A DNA stretch of 64,000 bases from Camelus dromedarius (taxonomy: Eukaryota), in the NCBI RefSeq assembly GCF_036321535.1, contig NC_087436.1:114516001-114580000 (forward strand), in the 5' to 3' direction. The position numbers were made by a program, and so were the translations under genes. This document shows, piece by piece, positions 35,395-49,160 of the stretch (the stretch's first letter is position 1; the number at the start of each line of letters is the position of its first letter). The notes beneath the pieces are model-generated. The model had not been told where the DNA came from. It saw only the letters and a program-made list of their open reading frames with translations, and searched no databases.

Positions 35395-38110
35395 TCAATT
35401 GCATGATGATATCAGTGTCAGATAATGACAGCATTGTTTCGTCTCTGATTGTTATAATTACTTCATTTTTCATAAGCTCTGATGCTAGCTAGGATTGTCA
35501 GTACGTCAGTAAGTAATATCAGTGATAGTAGGAATCCTCTTCCTGAAGTCAAATGGAAACTCTCAATATTTCAACACAAAGTGTAATATTTGCTGTGGCT
35601 TTTTGTAAATTTCTTTAGCAAAGGAAGGGAGTTCCTTTCTATTTCTGGTTAAAATGATTTTTTAAAAAATCATGGAAAGATGTTGGAGTCTATTGAATTA
35701 TAATCTTTTTCTGTCTACTGAGATGGTCATAAATTTTATCCTTAATCTTCAAATGTACTATATTACATCGCTGAATTTTACAGTGTCAAACCTACCTTAC
35801 ATTCCTCAGGTAAGCACTACTTCATCATGACTTTAGACCATTTTGCTCCATTTATGCCTTTCTTTGCTTGACTTACTTGCTATTATTGTGATGTATTTTA
35901 GTTTTACCCTTTTAAACACTATAGGATATTATTATTATTAATTATCTTATACAGTCAATGTTTCTTTGTTTTACTACATATTTATCACTATCTTTGCTCT
36001 TCTTATATATTAGTCTATATGGAATAATTTTTCCTGCCTAAAGTGTATCCTTTAAAATTTTCTTTAGAGTGGGCCTAATGGTGGTGAATCATTTTTTGTT
36101 AGCTTGAATAATTTATCTCCTTCCTTGTAGAATATTTTTTTCTGTATATAGAAATCTAGCATGGTTTCTGTAGTTACTTTCTTGTAGAACAATGAAGAAC
36201 CCATTAACAAGACTTTTGACTTCTACTATGGCTGTTGAGAAGTCAAGGGTCTATATGCCCCTTCTTTTCATGATAACTTAATTTTAAGACACTCTGGTTT
36301 TGAACTTCTGCATTTTCGCAGGGTGTATCTGAATGTGGATTTATTTTTATGAATTTTTTTTTTTTTTGAGATTTGTTGCAATTCTTGAATCAGAAGATTA
36401 ATGTCCTTCGTAAGTTTTTGGAAAACTCCCACCTCTTATCACTAAAAATATTGCACCTGTCCTGTTTTTTCCTTTGTGTTTTGGAGCTCAGATTAGATAT
36501 CTGATAAACCTTTTCACTTTATCCTATATGTTTCTCCATGTTTATTTCATATTTTTCATCTTTTTTCTTGCTGTGCTGCATTCTGAATACTGTCACCTGG
36601 ACTATCTTCTAATTCACAAATCCTTTTCTCAATTCTTTTAATTTTCATGTTAAGAAACATTACTTGATTTTTTTTCTGTCTGCTATGTTATTTTTAATAA
36701 ATTTCTCTTCCCTGCAAAAATATTAAAGTTTTCAGACTTGCCTTTTATTTCTTTAAATATAGAAAACATATTTACTTCATAATCTATATTAATAATTCCA
36801 CTATATTAGTCATCTTAGGTCCATTTATGCTGTCTGTTATTTTACATGATTGACTGTCATTTTCAGTGCATTACTTCCTTGTGTTCCAATTTACCTTTCT
36901 GAACAGCCCACTTTTCATGGAAAATTAATTCTGGGGATATTTTGTAATAAAGGGCAAGGGTGTTTTCTCCAGGGATGACTTGTTTTTGTTTCTTCCATGT
37001 GCTTAGGAGCACCAAGATTGGAGAGTCATTTTAAGCTAAATTCATAGTTTGAATTTTATTAGTTATATGAATGGTATACATTTTCCCTCAGAGCTTGCCT
37101 TTTAACTTGGTTTACAGTGGGTTTTTTTTAATTGAATTAAAGTGTTTTTTTTTAATCTTAGGGTGAGCACTAAAATTTTTTGGTAGTTTTGTTTTTATCC
37201 CTTAAGAGCTCCTTTGATACTTCAAGCCATATGTTCTATATTTTTATCTAAAATATTAAAAGTTTTGATTTTCATAACTATATTATTTTTATTTATAGTG
37301 TAAAATGGAAAATTTGTTTTTTTTTTTCCAAATGAATATCCAGTAGTCCAAGCACCATTTACTAAATAGTTCATCCTCTCCTTGCTGATTTGAAATACCA
37401 TGTTTAGGGGGAGGGTATAGCTCATGGTGGTTGAGTGCATGCTTAGCATGCATGAGGTCCTGGGTTCAATCCCCAGTACCCCCTCTAAGAACAAATAACT
37501 GAATTACCTCCCTCAACCGAAACAAAAAAAAAGATTGAAATACCATGTTTCCATGTATGGATGAGTCTATTTCTGGGCTCTTTGTTCTATGCCAGTGGTG
37601 TCCTTACCTATACAATGTCTGCATGCCTTGTTCCTCTTTTTCAAGATAACTTAGAAATTTAGGATTGTCTTGTCAAAGACCACATTAAAGCCTATTCCAA
37701 AATTCATTGAAATTGGGTAGTATTTACATAGATTTGGGGCTATTTTATAGTATTAACTTTTTAAAAAAATACTGTCTTTCATCTATAAATATAGTTTATA
37801 TTTTCATTTATTTCTTCAATTGATGTGTTATAATTTTCTTGACAAAGTTATTGAACATCTTTTGTGTCTCATTACCATATAGTTTTTGTGCGTGTTTGTG
37901 AATGGTGTCTTTTTTTTCTTTATACTTTCTAGTCAATTTAGGTTGTGTTTAGAAATATCATTACTTTTTGTATGTTAATTTTGTATCCAGCAACCTTAAT
38001 GAACTCCTTTTATTACTATGATTAGTTGATTAAAAGATTTCCTTGGCTTTTATATGTAGTTGATCATATCATCTACAGAGAAAGTTTTGTCTTTTCCTTT
38101 TTAATATTAA
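35395..38110 (-). mobile_element. Fragmented old L1 (ORF2 and 5'/ORF1 pieces), with a SINE inserted at 37406
   Basis: Reverse ORF2 motifs (atcatatcatctaca at 38063-38077 encodes ..VDDMI; caagcaccatttactaaa at 37349) and T-rich reverse L1 5' sequence at ~36000-36950. Confidence 0.7.
37406..37534 (+). mobile_element. tRNA-Ala(AGC)-derived SINE (camelid Vic-1-like) with 16-bp TSD
   Basis: GGGGGAGGGTATAGCTCATGGTGGTTGAGTGCATGCTTAGCATGCATGAGGTCCTGGGTTCAATCCCCAGTACC, then an A-rich tail. B box at 37463-37473. TSD ttgaaataccatgttt at 37390-37405 and 37535-37550. Confidence 0.93.
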
Positions 38111-38124
38111 TAAAGATATAAACA

Positions 38125-39245
38125 GGTTAAAAATTCTCATCAATGTGGGCATAGAGGGAACACATCTTGACAGAATAAAGGCCATTTATGATAAACATGC
38201 AGTCAATGTCACACTCAATGATGAAAAGCTGAAAGCCCTTTCTCTAAATTCAAGAAAAAGACAAGGATGCCTAGTCTCACCACTTCTATTTAGCATAGTA
38301 TTGGAAGTCCTAGTCACAGCAATCAGACAAGAAAAATAAATAAAAGGCATACAAATTGCAAAAGAAATCAAATTGTCACTATTTGTAGATGACATGATAC
38401 TTTATATAGGAAACCCTAAATTCTCCAGCCAAAACTATTAGAATTAATGAATGAATTCAGCAAAGTTGCAGGATACAAGGTTAATAAACACAAATCTGTT
38501 GCTTTTCTATACACTAATGATGAATTACCAGAAAGAGAAAGTTAAAACAATCCATTTAAAATCACAGCAAAAAGAATAAAATACCTAAGAATAAACTTAA
38601 TCAAGGAAGTGGAAGACCTATGCTCTGAAAACTATAAAATACTGATGAAGGAAGTTGAAATGAACAAATGGAAAGATACCTCATGCTCTTGGATTGGAAG
38701 AATTAATATTGTTAAAATGGCCATGCTACCCAAAGCAATCTATAGGTTTAAAGCAATCCCTATCAAAATACCCATAAAATTTTTGATAGAATTAGAATAA
38801 TCCTAAGGTTCATATGGAACCACAGAAAACCTCAGTTGCAAGGCAATCTTGAGAAAAAAGAACAAAGCTGGAGCTGTCATGCTCCCAGGCTTCAAACTCT
38901 ACTACAAAGCTACAGGAATCAAAACAGCATGGTACTGGCACAAAAAAGATACATAACTTAGTGGAACAGAATAAAAAGCCCAGAAAAACTGAACACAGGT
39001 ATGGTCAATTAATCTATGACAAATGAGGCATGAATGTACAGTGGAGAAAAGACAATCTCTTCAGTAAGTGGTGCTGGGAAAACTGGACAGCAGCATGTAA
39101 ATCACTGAAGTTAGAACATTCCCTCACACCATACACAAAAATAAACTCAAAATGGATTAAAGACCTAAATGTAAGACCTGAAACCACAGAACTCCTAAAA
39201 GAGAACATAGGCAAAACATTAACATAAGTCATAGCAATATTTTGG
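38125..39245 (+). mobile_element. L1 ORF2 (reverse transcriptase region) fragment, disabled
   Basis: Translates [74 protein letters not shown] and [29 protein letters not shown], with stops and frameshifts. Confidence 0.95.
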
Positions 39246-41089
39246 CATCATAGCGGTCATTTTGCAAGTTATGTTTCTTTTTAGAGGCATTTCCAGCAGG
39301 GAAGTTAACATTGTCTCTTGGCAACAACACATTATCATTACATTATACTTGGTATAACATTATTGATAGTATCAAATGGCAAAGAACTGCATTTTACATG
39401 GAACACGAGGACAACATTTTTATTATCCTAGAAGAATCAGAGAGGGAAAATAAATCTATTAGAATTAAGGAAACATAGCTAGAATCTATACATTCAGTGT
39501 GTGCTCAAGTGAAAAATTGTGTGTGCATTCGTATGTGTGTGTTTTAAAGTGCCATTGTTTACAACATTTAAGATGTAGCCTTTTGTAATTTCCTGTATGT
39601 TATTTTCTTAGTCTGAGCTATAAGTTTGTTTTTATAAATATTTCCCTTTAGGATGACTTAAATCTGCAAACTCTCAGACGGATAATATGGTGTCAGTGTT
39701 AATACATGCCTATTCAGTAGCTCAGACTTTAAGTGCATTTTATAAATAGAAAATTATTTTCAAGATGTCTAGTATGGTATTAAATTGCCATTATTCTTTG
39801 TAAGAATGGCTCTTCCCCCACTTTGGTTCACCAGTAGAGGACCTTCACATACACTCCCATCAGCAAGTAGTTTTCTCATTGACTAAGAAAATTGAATTTA
39901 GAGTGAGGGTTTTGGGGAGGAGAAGCTGGAGTCTCTTAGCTTAGCATTATACAGTAGAGCTCAGAGACAGGTATGGTCCCCTCAAGTACTTCAGCTGTGA
40001 CCTGAACCACTGGAGTTTAGGTTCAACATAATTGCAGCACAGCAAGGAGTCCCTTCTGGAAACCAGCTGCTTCATCAGGGATTCATTTATCAGGAGGATT
40101 ATGACTCCAAACATTTTTCTAAACTGTTGTGGCCATTTAAAAAGGGGAAAAAAAGAGGAGTCTGGGGAACTAATTAGAAAGGAGTGGCTCCCCTCCGAGT
40201 CTTGACCTTAACCCCACTGAGAAAGTATGGGATTTACTTTACCCAAGTAAGGCAAGAACATAAATAGTTGGCAAAAATGCTTTGCGGTACGAGTTCCAGC
40301 AAGTAATGAATTAGCCTGATACAGAGAGAGCGAGAGAGAGAGAGACAAAAGCAAAACACAAGAGTAACTCCAAATGCTTTAAAAGTAGCACTTAAATGTA
40401 TCATTGTAACACATTATTTTGTACTTTCCTGATTACAAGAAAATAAACTAATTTGAGTCTGTGATTAATACCTATATGATATAATTTGAAAAAAATTTTT
40501 TGGGTCTTAGGCAGGTTGTGAAGTATTACCACAATAAGTCTAGGTGTCACTTTCTATTATTCCACTTATTATATTGTGTTTTCTCTGTCTGCACTGTAAT
40601 TAATGCCTTTCATTAGTTTTGGAAAATCCTCAGATGCAACTTTGTAGAATATTGCTTCTTCCAAATCTTCTCTCTCCTCTTTCTCCAATTCTCATTGTTA
40701 CAACTTCTTATTTTCCATGTTTCTTAATTTCTCTTTCATTTAAAAAAAACTCTTGATATATTTGTGTTACAATTTGGGTAATTTCATTATATCAATCTTC
40801 CAGTTACTGAACTGTTTCAAATGTACTATCTAGTCTACTCACTAAGATTTTAATTCTGATGATTGTAATGTTCATTTCTTAAAGTTCCATTTAAAAATAG
40901 TGTAATTTTTTGGAAGTCTTTAGTTTGGTGTTGGGAGGACTTTACACAGCTTGCAAAACTGCTAGAAGCAGAAATTTAGCCTCTTCAAGTCTCTCTCTGC
41001 TGTATTAAGTCAACTGTATAACAAGTGAACATTGATGCTCTAATTAATAAAAACAAGTATTTGTACCTCCTTGTAGAGGCTACAGAATT

Positions 41090-41290
41090 CTTTAAAACAC
41101 TGGCATTTAATTTGCTTTTCATAGTACTCTTGTGAGGTGGTTACTCTTATTTCCATTTTATGGGTAACAAAACTGAGGCTAAGAGATTTACCCAAGGCCT
41201 CCAAGCTAGTACTAAGTAGAGCTGAAATTAGATGTTTTATGACTCATGCTTTATGACTCTCATTTTAGTCCATACTTTTCCCAGTATATA
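41090..41290 (-). mobile_element. MIR SINE
   Basis: tttccattttatgggtaacaaaactgaggctaagagatttacccaagg. Confidence 0.7.
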
Positions 41291-41802
41291 TTCTTAGATA
41301 ATTTTTATCTTTATGCCATGGGGTAGTGGAGTGTTGAGTAATTAGGGAAAGATGTGCTTTATTCCACTGTATCAAAATTAAACTTTCTTTGGAAAAAGCC
41401 ACTTAGGCTCAGCCCAAGATAACTCAAAATGTTTCTTGAGTAAATGGCAACAGATTTTCAGAGTATTTTTTTTCCCTCCTTATTTTTTTCATTTCCACAT
41501 TTCCTTACTTCCTGTTTTTTTTTTCTCTCCTATATTTCTACCTCCTTTTTCAGGGTCTTATATTCTGTAAAGCAATTTATAAATTGTAATTTATAATTAT
41601 TTAAAATCAGAAAAAAAGAAAAAATCTACTATTTTTTAATTTGTCAGATAATTAGGATGAAATTAGATCATATACGTTCAAGTTCCTCATACAGTGTCTG
41701 GTTCATAACGGACACTCAATAAAAGAGAATTCCTTTGTGTGCAAAGGTAACTAAATACTAATCCAATGGAGACATAATTCTACTTTGTATCCCTCACGAC
41801 AA

Positions 41803-41839
41803 GTATTAGTCAGGGTTCTGCAGAGAAACACAATCATTA

Positions 41840-41871
<32 letters not shown>

Positions 41872-42050
41872 TTATGAGTGAAGAGAGAGAGACTGATAGA
41901 GATTGACTTTAGAGAACTGGTTAACATGATTGTGGGAGACTGGCACGTCTGAAATTTTTAAGGTAGATGAGCAGGCTGGAAACTCGGGCAGGATTTCTAT
42001 ATTGCAATCTTGGGCTAGAATCTCTTCTTCTCCAGGAAACCTCAGTTTTT
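41803..42050 (-). mobile_element. ERVL LTR (MLT2-like) containing a (TG)n tract at ~41839-41871
   Basis: gtattagtcagggttctgcagagaaacac...gcaggctggaaactcgggcaggatttcta...tcttctccaggaaacctcagt. Confidence 0.8.
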
Positions 42051-42404
42051 CAAAATTAACCATAGTATAGTATGTGGTACTAACCCATGGCTTTGCACAT
42101 ACTGGGCCTATATCAAGATTTTTTTTTTTTATTGAATTCAGTTTTTTTTTTTTTTTTAGGAACATGTTTCTCACGTATCACACCAAACTTTAATTTTACT
42201 ATATTTAGTCAGAATCCTTACTGTCTTTGTTTATTCACCTTCCAAAAAAGATATCTGAAAAATATTAACATCACTGGCTTAACTGCATAGCTTGCTGTGG
42301 TGACTGCTTTATAGGCAAAATTGATTTAATGTGCTTGTTTGATATAAAAATGAGACAGTTTAATAATAGGCTCTAACATAGATTTAGTGTTGTACTGAGC
42401 ATTG

Positions 42405-42590
42405 TGCAGATATATATTATTGATAAGCTTCATAATAACCCTATGAAGAAAGTATATTACTATAATCTGTACTTTATAGATGAGGAAACTGAAACTCATA
42501 GAAATTAAATTACTGTTCAAGGTCATAAATATGACTACAACTGAAAATCAGATCTATTTGAATCTAGGCTATTGCTTTCAACACTATGCT
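42405..42590 (-). mobile_element. MIR SINE
   Basis: cttcataataaccctatgaag...tttatagatgaggaaactgaaactcatagaaattaaattactgttcaaggtca. Confidence 0.8.
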
Positions 42591-42831
42591 TGAGTAGCTG
42601 TTAAGGTTCTTATGATACAAATTTACTTTAGTAATATTGACAAAGGCACTGAGAAAACTTTACATTCTGAATCAAAACATTTGTATATAGTCTGAACTCT
42701 CCACATATATAGAGAGAAATTGAGATATTTTGCAGATGAACTTTCTATAATGCAGATTTAAATACTGAAAATCAGCTTCTTAACTATTTTTAAGATTTCC
42801 TTCTCTCTCAGATATTTTTAGTTTTAAAGTA

Positions 42832-43072
42832 GAGTTTCTGAAATCATGTTCTATACAACATTGGTCCTAAATGCTGTCAGTAAAATATTACTTGGGTCAA
42901 ATAAGTTTGGGAAATTTGGGGTTAAAAAAGTCCCAAGAGATTATTTATTGCAATATTTCTCAAGTACATTGTCACTTTCCAAAAGTGGGGTAGCTATAGC
43001 TGTTTCTAAACTTTATTTGAATAGCAATTCATGGCACAAGTGTCCCAAAGAACTTACTTTTGGGGAATGCCA
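42832..43072. mobile_element. hAT-Charlie (Charlie4-like) fragment
   Basis: ggtcaaataagtttgggaaatttggggttaaa...tgtttctaaactttatttga...cttttggggaatgc. Confidence 0.45.
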
Positions 43073-43266
43073 TCCTAAGGTTAAGATAATACTTTATAAT
43101 ACCATCTTACTTATCTGAAAGTCTTAAACTTAGTTTAAAAAAACATAGATAAACTGGAAACCCAGCTGACCCAGCTAAAGGCCATCACAAGTAAAGCAGT
43201 GATGCTACAGAGGAGAGCTGTGCAAAACAAGGGCTCAGAAGGGATCAAAGTAAAGGGTATCATATT

Positions 43267-43268
<2 letters not shown>

Positions 43269-43332
<64 letters not shown>
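43269..43332. repeat. (AT)32 microsatellite
   Basis: Perfect run. Confidence 0.98.
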
Positions 43333-43336
<4 letters not shown>

Positions 43337-44099
43337 TAAAGGATATTGGAGAACATTTGTACCACTGCCAGTCCATGTAATCTGGAAATGCAGAGCTTCC
43401 TTAAAATCACTGAGTTCTCTATGTTGGTTCTTGATGGTTAGGGAAATTCAATTCCCCCAAACTCCCACATTAAGTTTCAAGTAATATTCTGCATTTATAC
43501 CATCATTTCTAGTTTTTCAAAACACTTCCATACATATTACCTTATTTAACCATGCCAGACTCACTGGTAAGTTGTGATAGGTCTGGTTTTCACAGCTGTA
43601 GAGGTGATATGAGAACTCTCCTGCTTTACAAATTTTTGGTTTTGTCTGGAGCTATGCTTTAGGAATCAATGAAGCACATCCCTAAGCAATGAGGCAGAAC
43701 TGTGGACAGCTGGGAAATTGCAGCTCACACACCAGCCTGGGGTTCTGTTACAAACAAGATTTTTGTTTTTCTTTTCAACAAAGGCTCTTAGATGATTATG
43801 AAACTAACATGTTTTCTATGTTATTGAAATCTTCTTATCACACAGCAAGGTTCTCATCTGCCCACTGTGAAAAAGACTGTGGGTGACTGTTCAGTCTTTT
43901 GTTGTTATTGATGTTTTTTTCTGATTATAACAAATTCATGCTCACTACAAAAAATTCATAAAATACACAAATATATAACATGGAAAGTGATGGTTCTCTA
44001 TAATCTTGCTACTATTAATGGCTATTAATAATTTGGCTTATATTACTCTAGATTTAATCTTGCTATGTGTTTACTATCAACAATACATGTATATATTTA

Positions 44100-46900
44100 T
44101 AGTTTTAATTTAATTATAGCATACATAAAATGGCACTAATTTTAAGAATATACCTTAGTGAAGTATAGGAAAGTGGACAAACCCATCTGACCACCAAACA
44201 AGTTAAAAAAAATAGAGCGATACCAGTACTTCAAAAGCTGCCCTTGAGCCAAGCTCTTCATCATGACCAACTTCCTCCTCCCCAAAGGAAACCATAATTT
44301 TGACTTCTAATACCACATGTTTTTTTTTTTCCAACTTTATATAAATGGAATCATGGAGGATGTACTCATTCATGTCTGGATTCTTTCATTCCACATTATA
44401 TTAATGAGATTCTTCCATACTGTACCATGTAGCAACTCACTCATTTTCATTGCTACATAATATCCCACTGTGTGAATATACCAGAATTCCATTGTTGATG
44501 GACATTTGTCCTAGTTTTGGAGTATGATGAAAAATGCTGCTGTGAACATTCTTGGGCATGTCCTTGGATGCATCTTGGCTGGATAGATACTAGGAAATGA
44601 AATTGTTGGGCTATTGGGCATACACATTCAGCTTTAGTAGATGATGCCAAAAAGGCTGCTGAAGTGGTTACAGAAATTTATACTCCAACCAGCAGTGCAT
44701 GGAACATTTAATGGCTCCAACGTTTGGCCATGTCAGTTTTTGTCATTTCATAGCCATTCTGGTGAGGGTGCAATGGTAACTCATTCTGGTTTTTCTTTGC
44801 ATTTCCTTGATTATTAATGAAGTTATGAACTTTTTTTTAATATTAATGGCTATTTTGTGAAATGGCTGTTCAAGCCTCATGTTCAATATTATATTGGGTT
44901 ATTTGTGTCTGTTTCTTATTGAACTAAGTAAACCTTTTCAATTCTAGATACAAGTCCTTTGTGAGTTATATGAATTGAAAATATCTTCTTCCATTGTGGG
45001 GTTTTCATAGTTCATTTTCTTAAAGATACCTTTTGATGAGCAGAATTTTAAAACTTTAATTTAACTCATTTAATCAACTTTTCCCTTAAAGGTTAATTTC
45101 TTTTGTAAGAAATCTTTGCCTACCCCAAGATCATGAAAATATTTTCCTAGATATTATTTATTTATTTATTTGGAGGCCCCACTGGGATATGTTACCTTTC
45201 AAAAGTTTTCTTACTTTTAGAAGTAGCTTTACAAAATGCCCAGAATTGATTTTTGAATATGGCGTAAGGTAGGATTCAGGATTCATTTTGGTTCTATATG
45301 AATAGCCAATTGGCCCAGGACTATTTATTGAAAAGAGAGTTCTTTTCTCACTGCTCTAGAGTGTCAGCTTTGTGATGAATCAGGAAAAAAAAAGCATATC
45401 TCCTGGAACTCCAATGATATATTTTGACCATATACTGTATGTCTCTTATGGTCATTTTTGTATTTTTTTCTGTCTTTGTGTCCTTCCATCCAGATACCAT
45501 CTTCTGACTTATCTTCTGATTTATTCTTTCTCTCTTCAATTGTATCTAACCTGCTAATAAACTTACTTACTGGGATAAACTTCAATTATTATGTTTTTGG
45601 TTGTTAATTTCCATTTGATTCTCCTTTACATTTTCAACTTCCCTGACCAAATTCTCAATCTTGTCATATAAACCCTCATACATACCAGCTACTTAATGTC
45701 CATGCTTTATATCTCCATTATCTGGATCTCTGTGGGTTATTTCTATTTTTCACAGTATCTCTTGATTTTCAGTCACAACACATTGCTCCTCACATACCAA
45801 GTTTTTGATAGATAGAGTGCTAGATACTGATTATGAAAGATTGTAGAGATAATTTGATATTCCTGCAGAGAGAACGTAGCTTTGTTTCTGGTAGTTCATT
45901 CAGCAACCCAGATCATCTTAGTTCAATGAGGGACTGAGGTAACACAAAGCTTGGCTTAAATTTCTGTGGAGGTGATCTATTTTCAGTGGTGTATATCCTA
46001 AGATGTAGCTTTTCAGGGACTTCTTAACCTAAAGAATGGGGGCTGGTTTAGGAAAGTTATTCCTTCGTGATGTGCCCTGAACTCCAATGTCTGCCTTTTT
46101 TCCCCCAGCTCTGTAAGACTGTTAAAAAGTTCTACTTATCCTGTCTCTCACTTCTACTCCTGACTCTGCAGATGCCTTTTGGAGACAGTGGTCCTGAATG
46201 CTGGTGTCTAATCTTTCGGCTTCCTTCCTCTTAATGTCATAATTTAGTACTTTTCAGATAATATCAAACAGATTAAAAATATTATGTGTAGTTTTTCCAG
46301 TATTCCTCAGTGAGAATATAACCAACTAATTTATCTTAGCTTTATGAGAAGCCTTACTATCTGGTAAAGCAAGTTCTTTGCTCTTCTTTTCCTACAATAC
46401 CTTTGCTGTTCTTGGATATTTGCCTTCCATGTGAATTTTAAATCTTTTCCTTTTATATGCATTTCAAATTTCATAAAAATTTCATTGAAATTGAATCGGC
46501 TGTAGCCTATTTGGTAGAACTGGTATATTTACAATATTGTGTTCCTATGCATGGGCATGAGATAGCTCTTCATTTATTGAGTGTTTATTCAATTTACTTA
46601 AATGTTTTGTAATTCTTCCCATACACATATTTATTTTAAGATGAATTCCTAGGTGTTGCATGATATAGTTGCAGTTATAATTAGTGTCCTTCAGAAAAAT
46701 TAAGTTGTATGTTGATGATCTTTTTATTTCTTGCCCCTTCCCTTAATTTTCATCTTGTGTTTATTCTTTCAGATAAAACTTAGCATTGTTCTGTCAATTA
46801 AAAAAAAGGGAGGTTTTGATTGAAAGTGAGCGTAATCTGCTTGTGTGGAACAGTCATCTTTATAATGCTGAACAAAACACTATGTGAATTCTGAAGTTTC
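44100..46900 (-). mobile_element. Old L1 fragments (3' end ~44100-45400; further 5'/ORF2 pieces to ~46900)
   Basis: aaatggaatcatggaggatgtactc...gttgatggacatttg...tgctgctgtgaacattc...ccaaccagcagtgc...tttgcatttccttgattattaatga. Confidence 0.8.
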
Positions 46901-47114
46901 AGTGAAGATCACCTGATACAATAGGTGAGACACTCCAAGAGCAAATCAACAAATGTAGATGTTAAAAGGGTATATTCAAAAATCACTCCATGGTTATTAA
47001 ATTCTCTCATCATTTCAAGACTATACAATGTAGACAGAAGAATTTTTGTGTGTGTGTGAGGAGACTGCTATTTGCGGACTGGGATTTCCTTTGAGGAGGG
47101 ATGAAGTGTGCTAA

Positions 47115-47530
47115 AGAGCACTATTTATAACATCCTCAAACTTGGAACAATCTCTATGTCCATCAGCAGTAGAGTAGATAACTAAGTTGTGGTTAAGCTG
47201 CATAATGGGATACTATGCAGCAATGAAAAAGTACAAGCTACTGCTACACATAACAACACAGATGAATCTCACAGACATTCTATCTAGTGACCAGAGCCAG
47301 ATACCAAAGAGTACATATTGTACAGAGTCTATTTAGATAAAGCTCAAAAATAGGTAAAACTAATTTATAGTGCTTGAGGTCAAAATAGTAGCTACCTTTA
47401 AGGAGGTAATGACTGACAGATGGCACAAGGGGGCTTGCTTGGATCCTGAACTGTTTTATATCTTGATCTAGGTGGTGGTCACATGTACATACATACACAT
47501 GTATACATGTACATATACATACAATCAAGG
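47115..47530 (+). mobile_element. Old L1 (L1MC/L1ME) 3' end
   Basis: aaacttggaacaatctctatgtccatcagcagtagagtagataa...aacaacacagatgaatctcacagacatt...agagtacatattgtac. Confidence 0.8.
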
Positions 47531-47699
47531 GAGAAGAAAATTTCAGGGAGACAGGCTTATTTGTTTTTGTTCTCTAGAAGTTTAATAAACCAATATATTG
47601 GGGATCATTTCTATATTTTTCTAAGGTTTTCAGCAGAAATACAACAATATCAAGTGTACAAGCTGGGGACATGGCTATTATTTTGCCTTACTCAGCATT

Positions 47700-48133
47700 T
47701 TTTTCTTTTCTGTTTTTTTTTTTTATTGTGGTGATGTTGGTTTATAACATTAATACAAGTTTCATGTCTACAATTATATTATGACTTCTGTATACATTAC
47801 AGCATGCTCACCACCAAAATTTTAATTTCCATCCCTCACCATATCACCATACAGTTGATTCCCTTTACCTATTTCACCCTACCCCCTACCACCCTGTGCC
47901 TTCCTGTCTGGTAACCACTACTCTGTTCTCTGTATCTACATGTTTGTTTTTGCTTGGTTTGTTCATTTATTTTATTTTGTTTGTTTCTTACATTCTACAT
48001 ATGAGTGAAATCATATGGTATTTGTCTTTCTCCTCCTGACTTACATCACTTAGCGGAATACCCTCAAGGTCTGTCTGTGTTGGCACAAATGGAGATATTT
48101 CATCTTTTTTATGACCAAGTAATACTCCACGTG

Positions 48134-48190
<57 letters not shown>

Positions 48191-48575
48191 ACATCTTCTT
48201 TATCAGTTCATCCATTGACGGAAACTTAGTTTGTTTCCATTATCTTTTATAAATAATGCTGGGATGAACATAGGGGTACATATATCTTTTCTAATTAATG
48301 TTTTTGTTTCCTTTGGATAAATACTCGGAAGTGGGATAGCTGGATCATATAGTAATTCTATTCTTAATTTTTTTTTTTAGGAATCACCATACTGTTTTTC
48401 ATAGTGGCTGCACCAACTTACATTCTGCCAATAATGTATGAGGGTTTTCTTTTCTTCACAACCTTACCAACACTTGATATCTTTGGTCTTTTTGCTATCA
48501 GCCATTCTAACAGATGTGAGGTGATATCTCATTGTAGTTTTGATATTCGTTTCCCTAATAATTTGTGATATTATT
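47700..48575 (-). mobile_element. L1 3' end (L1MA-type) with internal (AT)26 at 48136-48187
   Basis: Poly(T) start; tggtaaccactactctgttctctgtatc; atatgagtgaaatcatatggtatttgtctttc; ctggatcatatagtaattcta; gtgaggtgatatctcattgtagtttt. Confidence 0.9.
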
Positions 48576-48892
48576 CAACCATATTTTATCTTTCTTTACA
48601 AATTCATATTTGCCTGGAACTTTAGTCCTAAGCTCTGTATCTTCAAAATTATGAAATATTGGCAAAAGATGAAAGAAAACTGATGGATGATTATCAGATT
48701 TGTTAAGGTAGCAGAGATCCATGGTTTTTGAAATCAGTCTACTCACTGATTCACTATTTTCTCACATTCATTGGTGAATAAAAATGCTCAGGTATTTTTA
48801 CTCTTCATCCTATCCATTGGCTGTTTTAGTATCTCTTTTATCTGAATCTGAAATTTTCCTGTTGATTTATTAAAATTTTATGTTCCTCTTTT

Positions 48893-49160
48893 TATTAGCT
48901 TCCTGTGGTCACTGTAAAAAAATACCATAACTGTGGTTCTTAAAACAACATAAATTTATTCTCTCGCAGTTTTGGAGGCTGGAGGTCCTAAATCAGTGTT
49001 CGCTGGGCTGAATTCAAGGTGTTGCCAGGCCTGACCTCTCTTCATTCCTGTCCTCCTCCAGCTACTGGTGGTTCCCTACATTCGTTGGCACTGTGGCTGT
49101 ATCAGTCCAGTGTCTACTTCCATGGTCACACTGCCTTCTCTTTTTCTGTCTGAGTTAAAC
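48893..49160 (-). mobile_element. MaLR LTR (MLT1-type) fragment
   Basis: tattagcttcctgtggtcactgtaa...aaatttattctctcgcagttttggaggctggaggtcc. Confidence 0.75.

Noticed and set aside
37411..37484. tRNA-Ala(AGC) gene
   Set aside because: TSDs, an A-rich tail, insertion inside an old L1 and a second related copy at 34463-34602 indicate a SINE.
38125..39245. Functional reverse transcriptase or novel retroelement system
   Set aside because: Ordinary L1 ORF2 remnant with stops and frameshifts and no endonuclease domain or 3' end.
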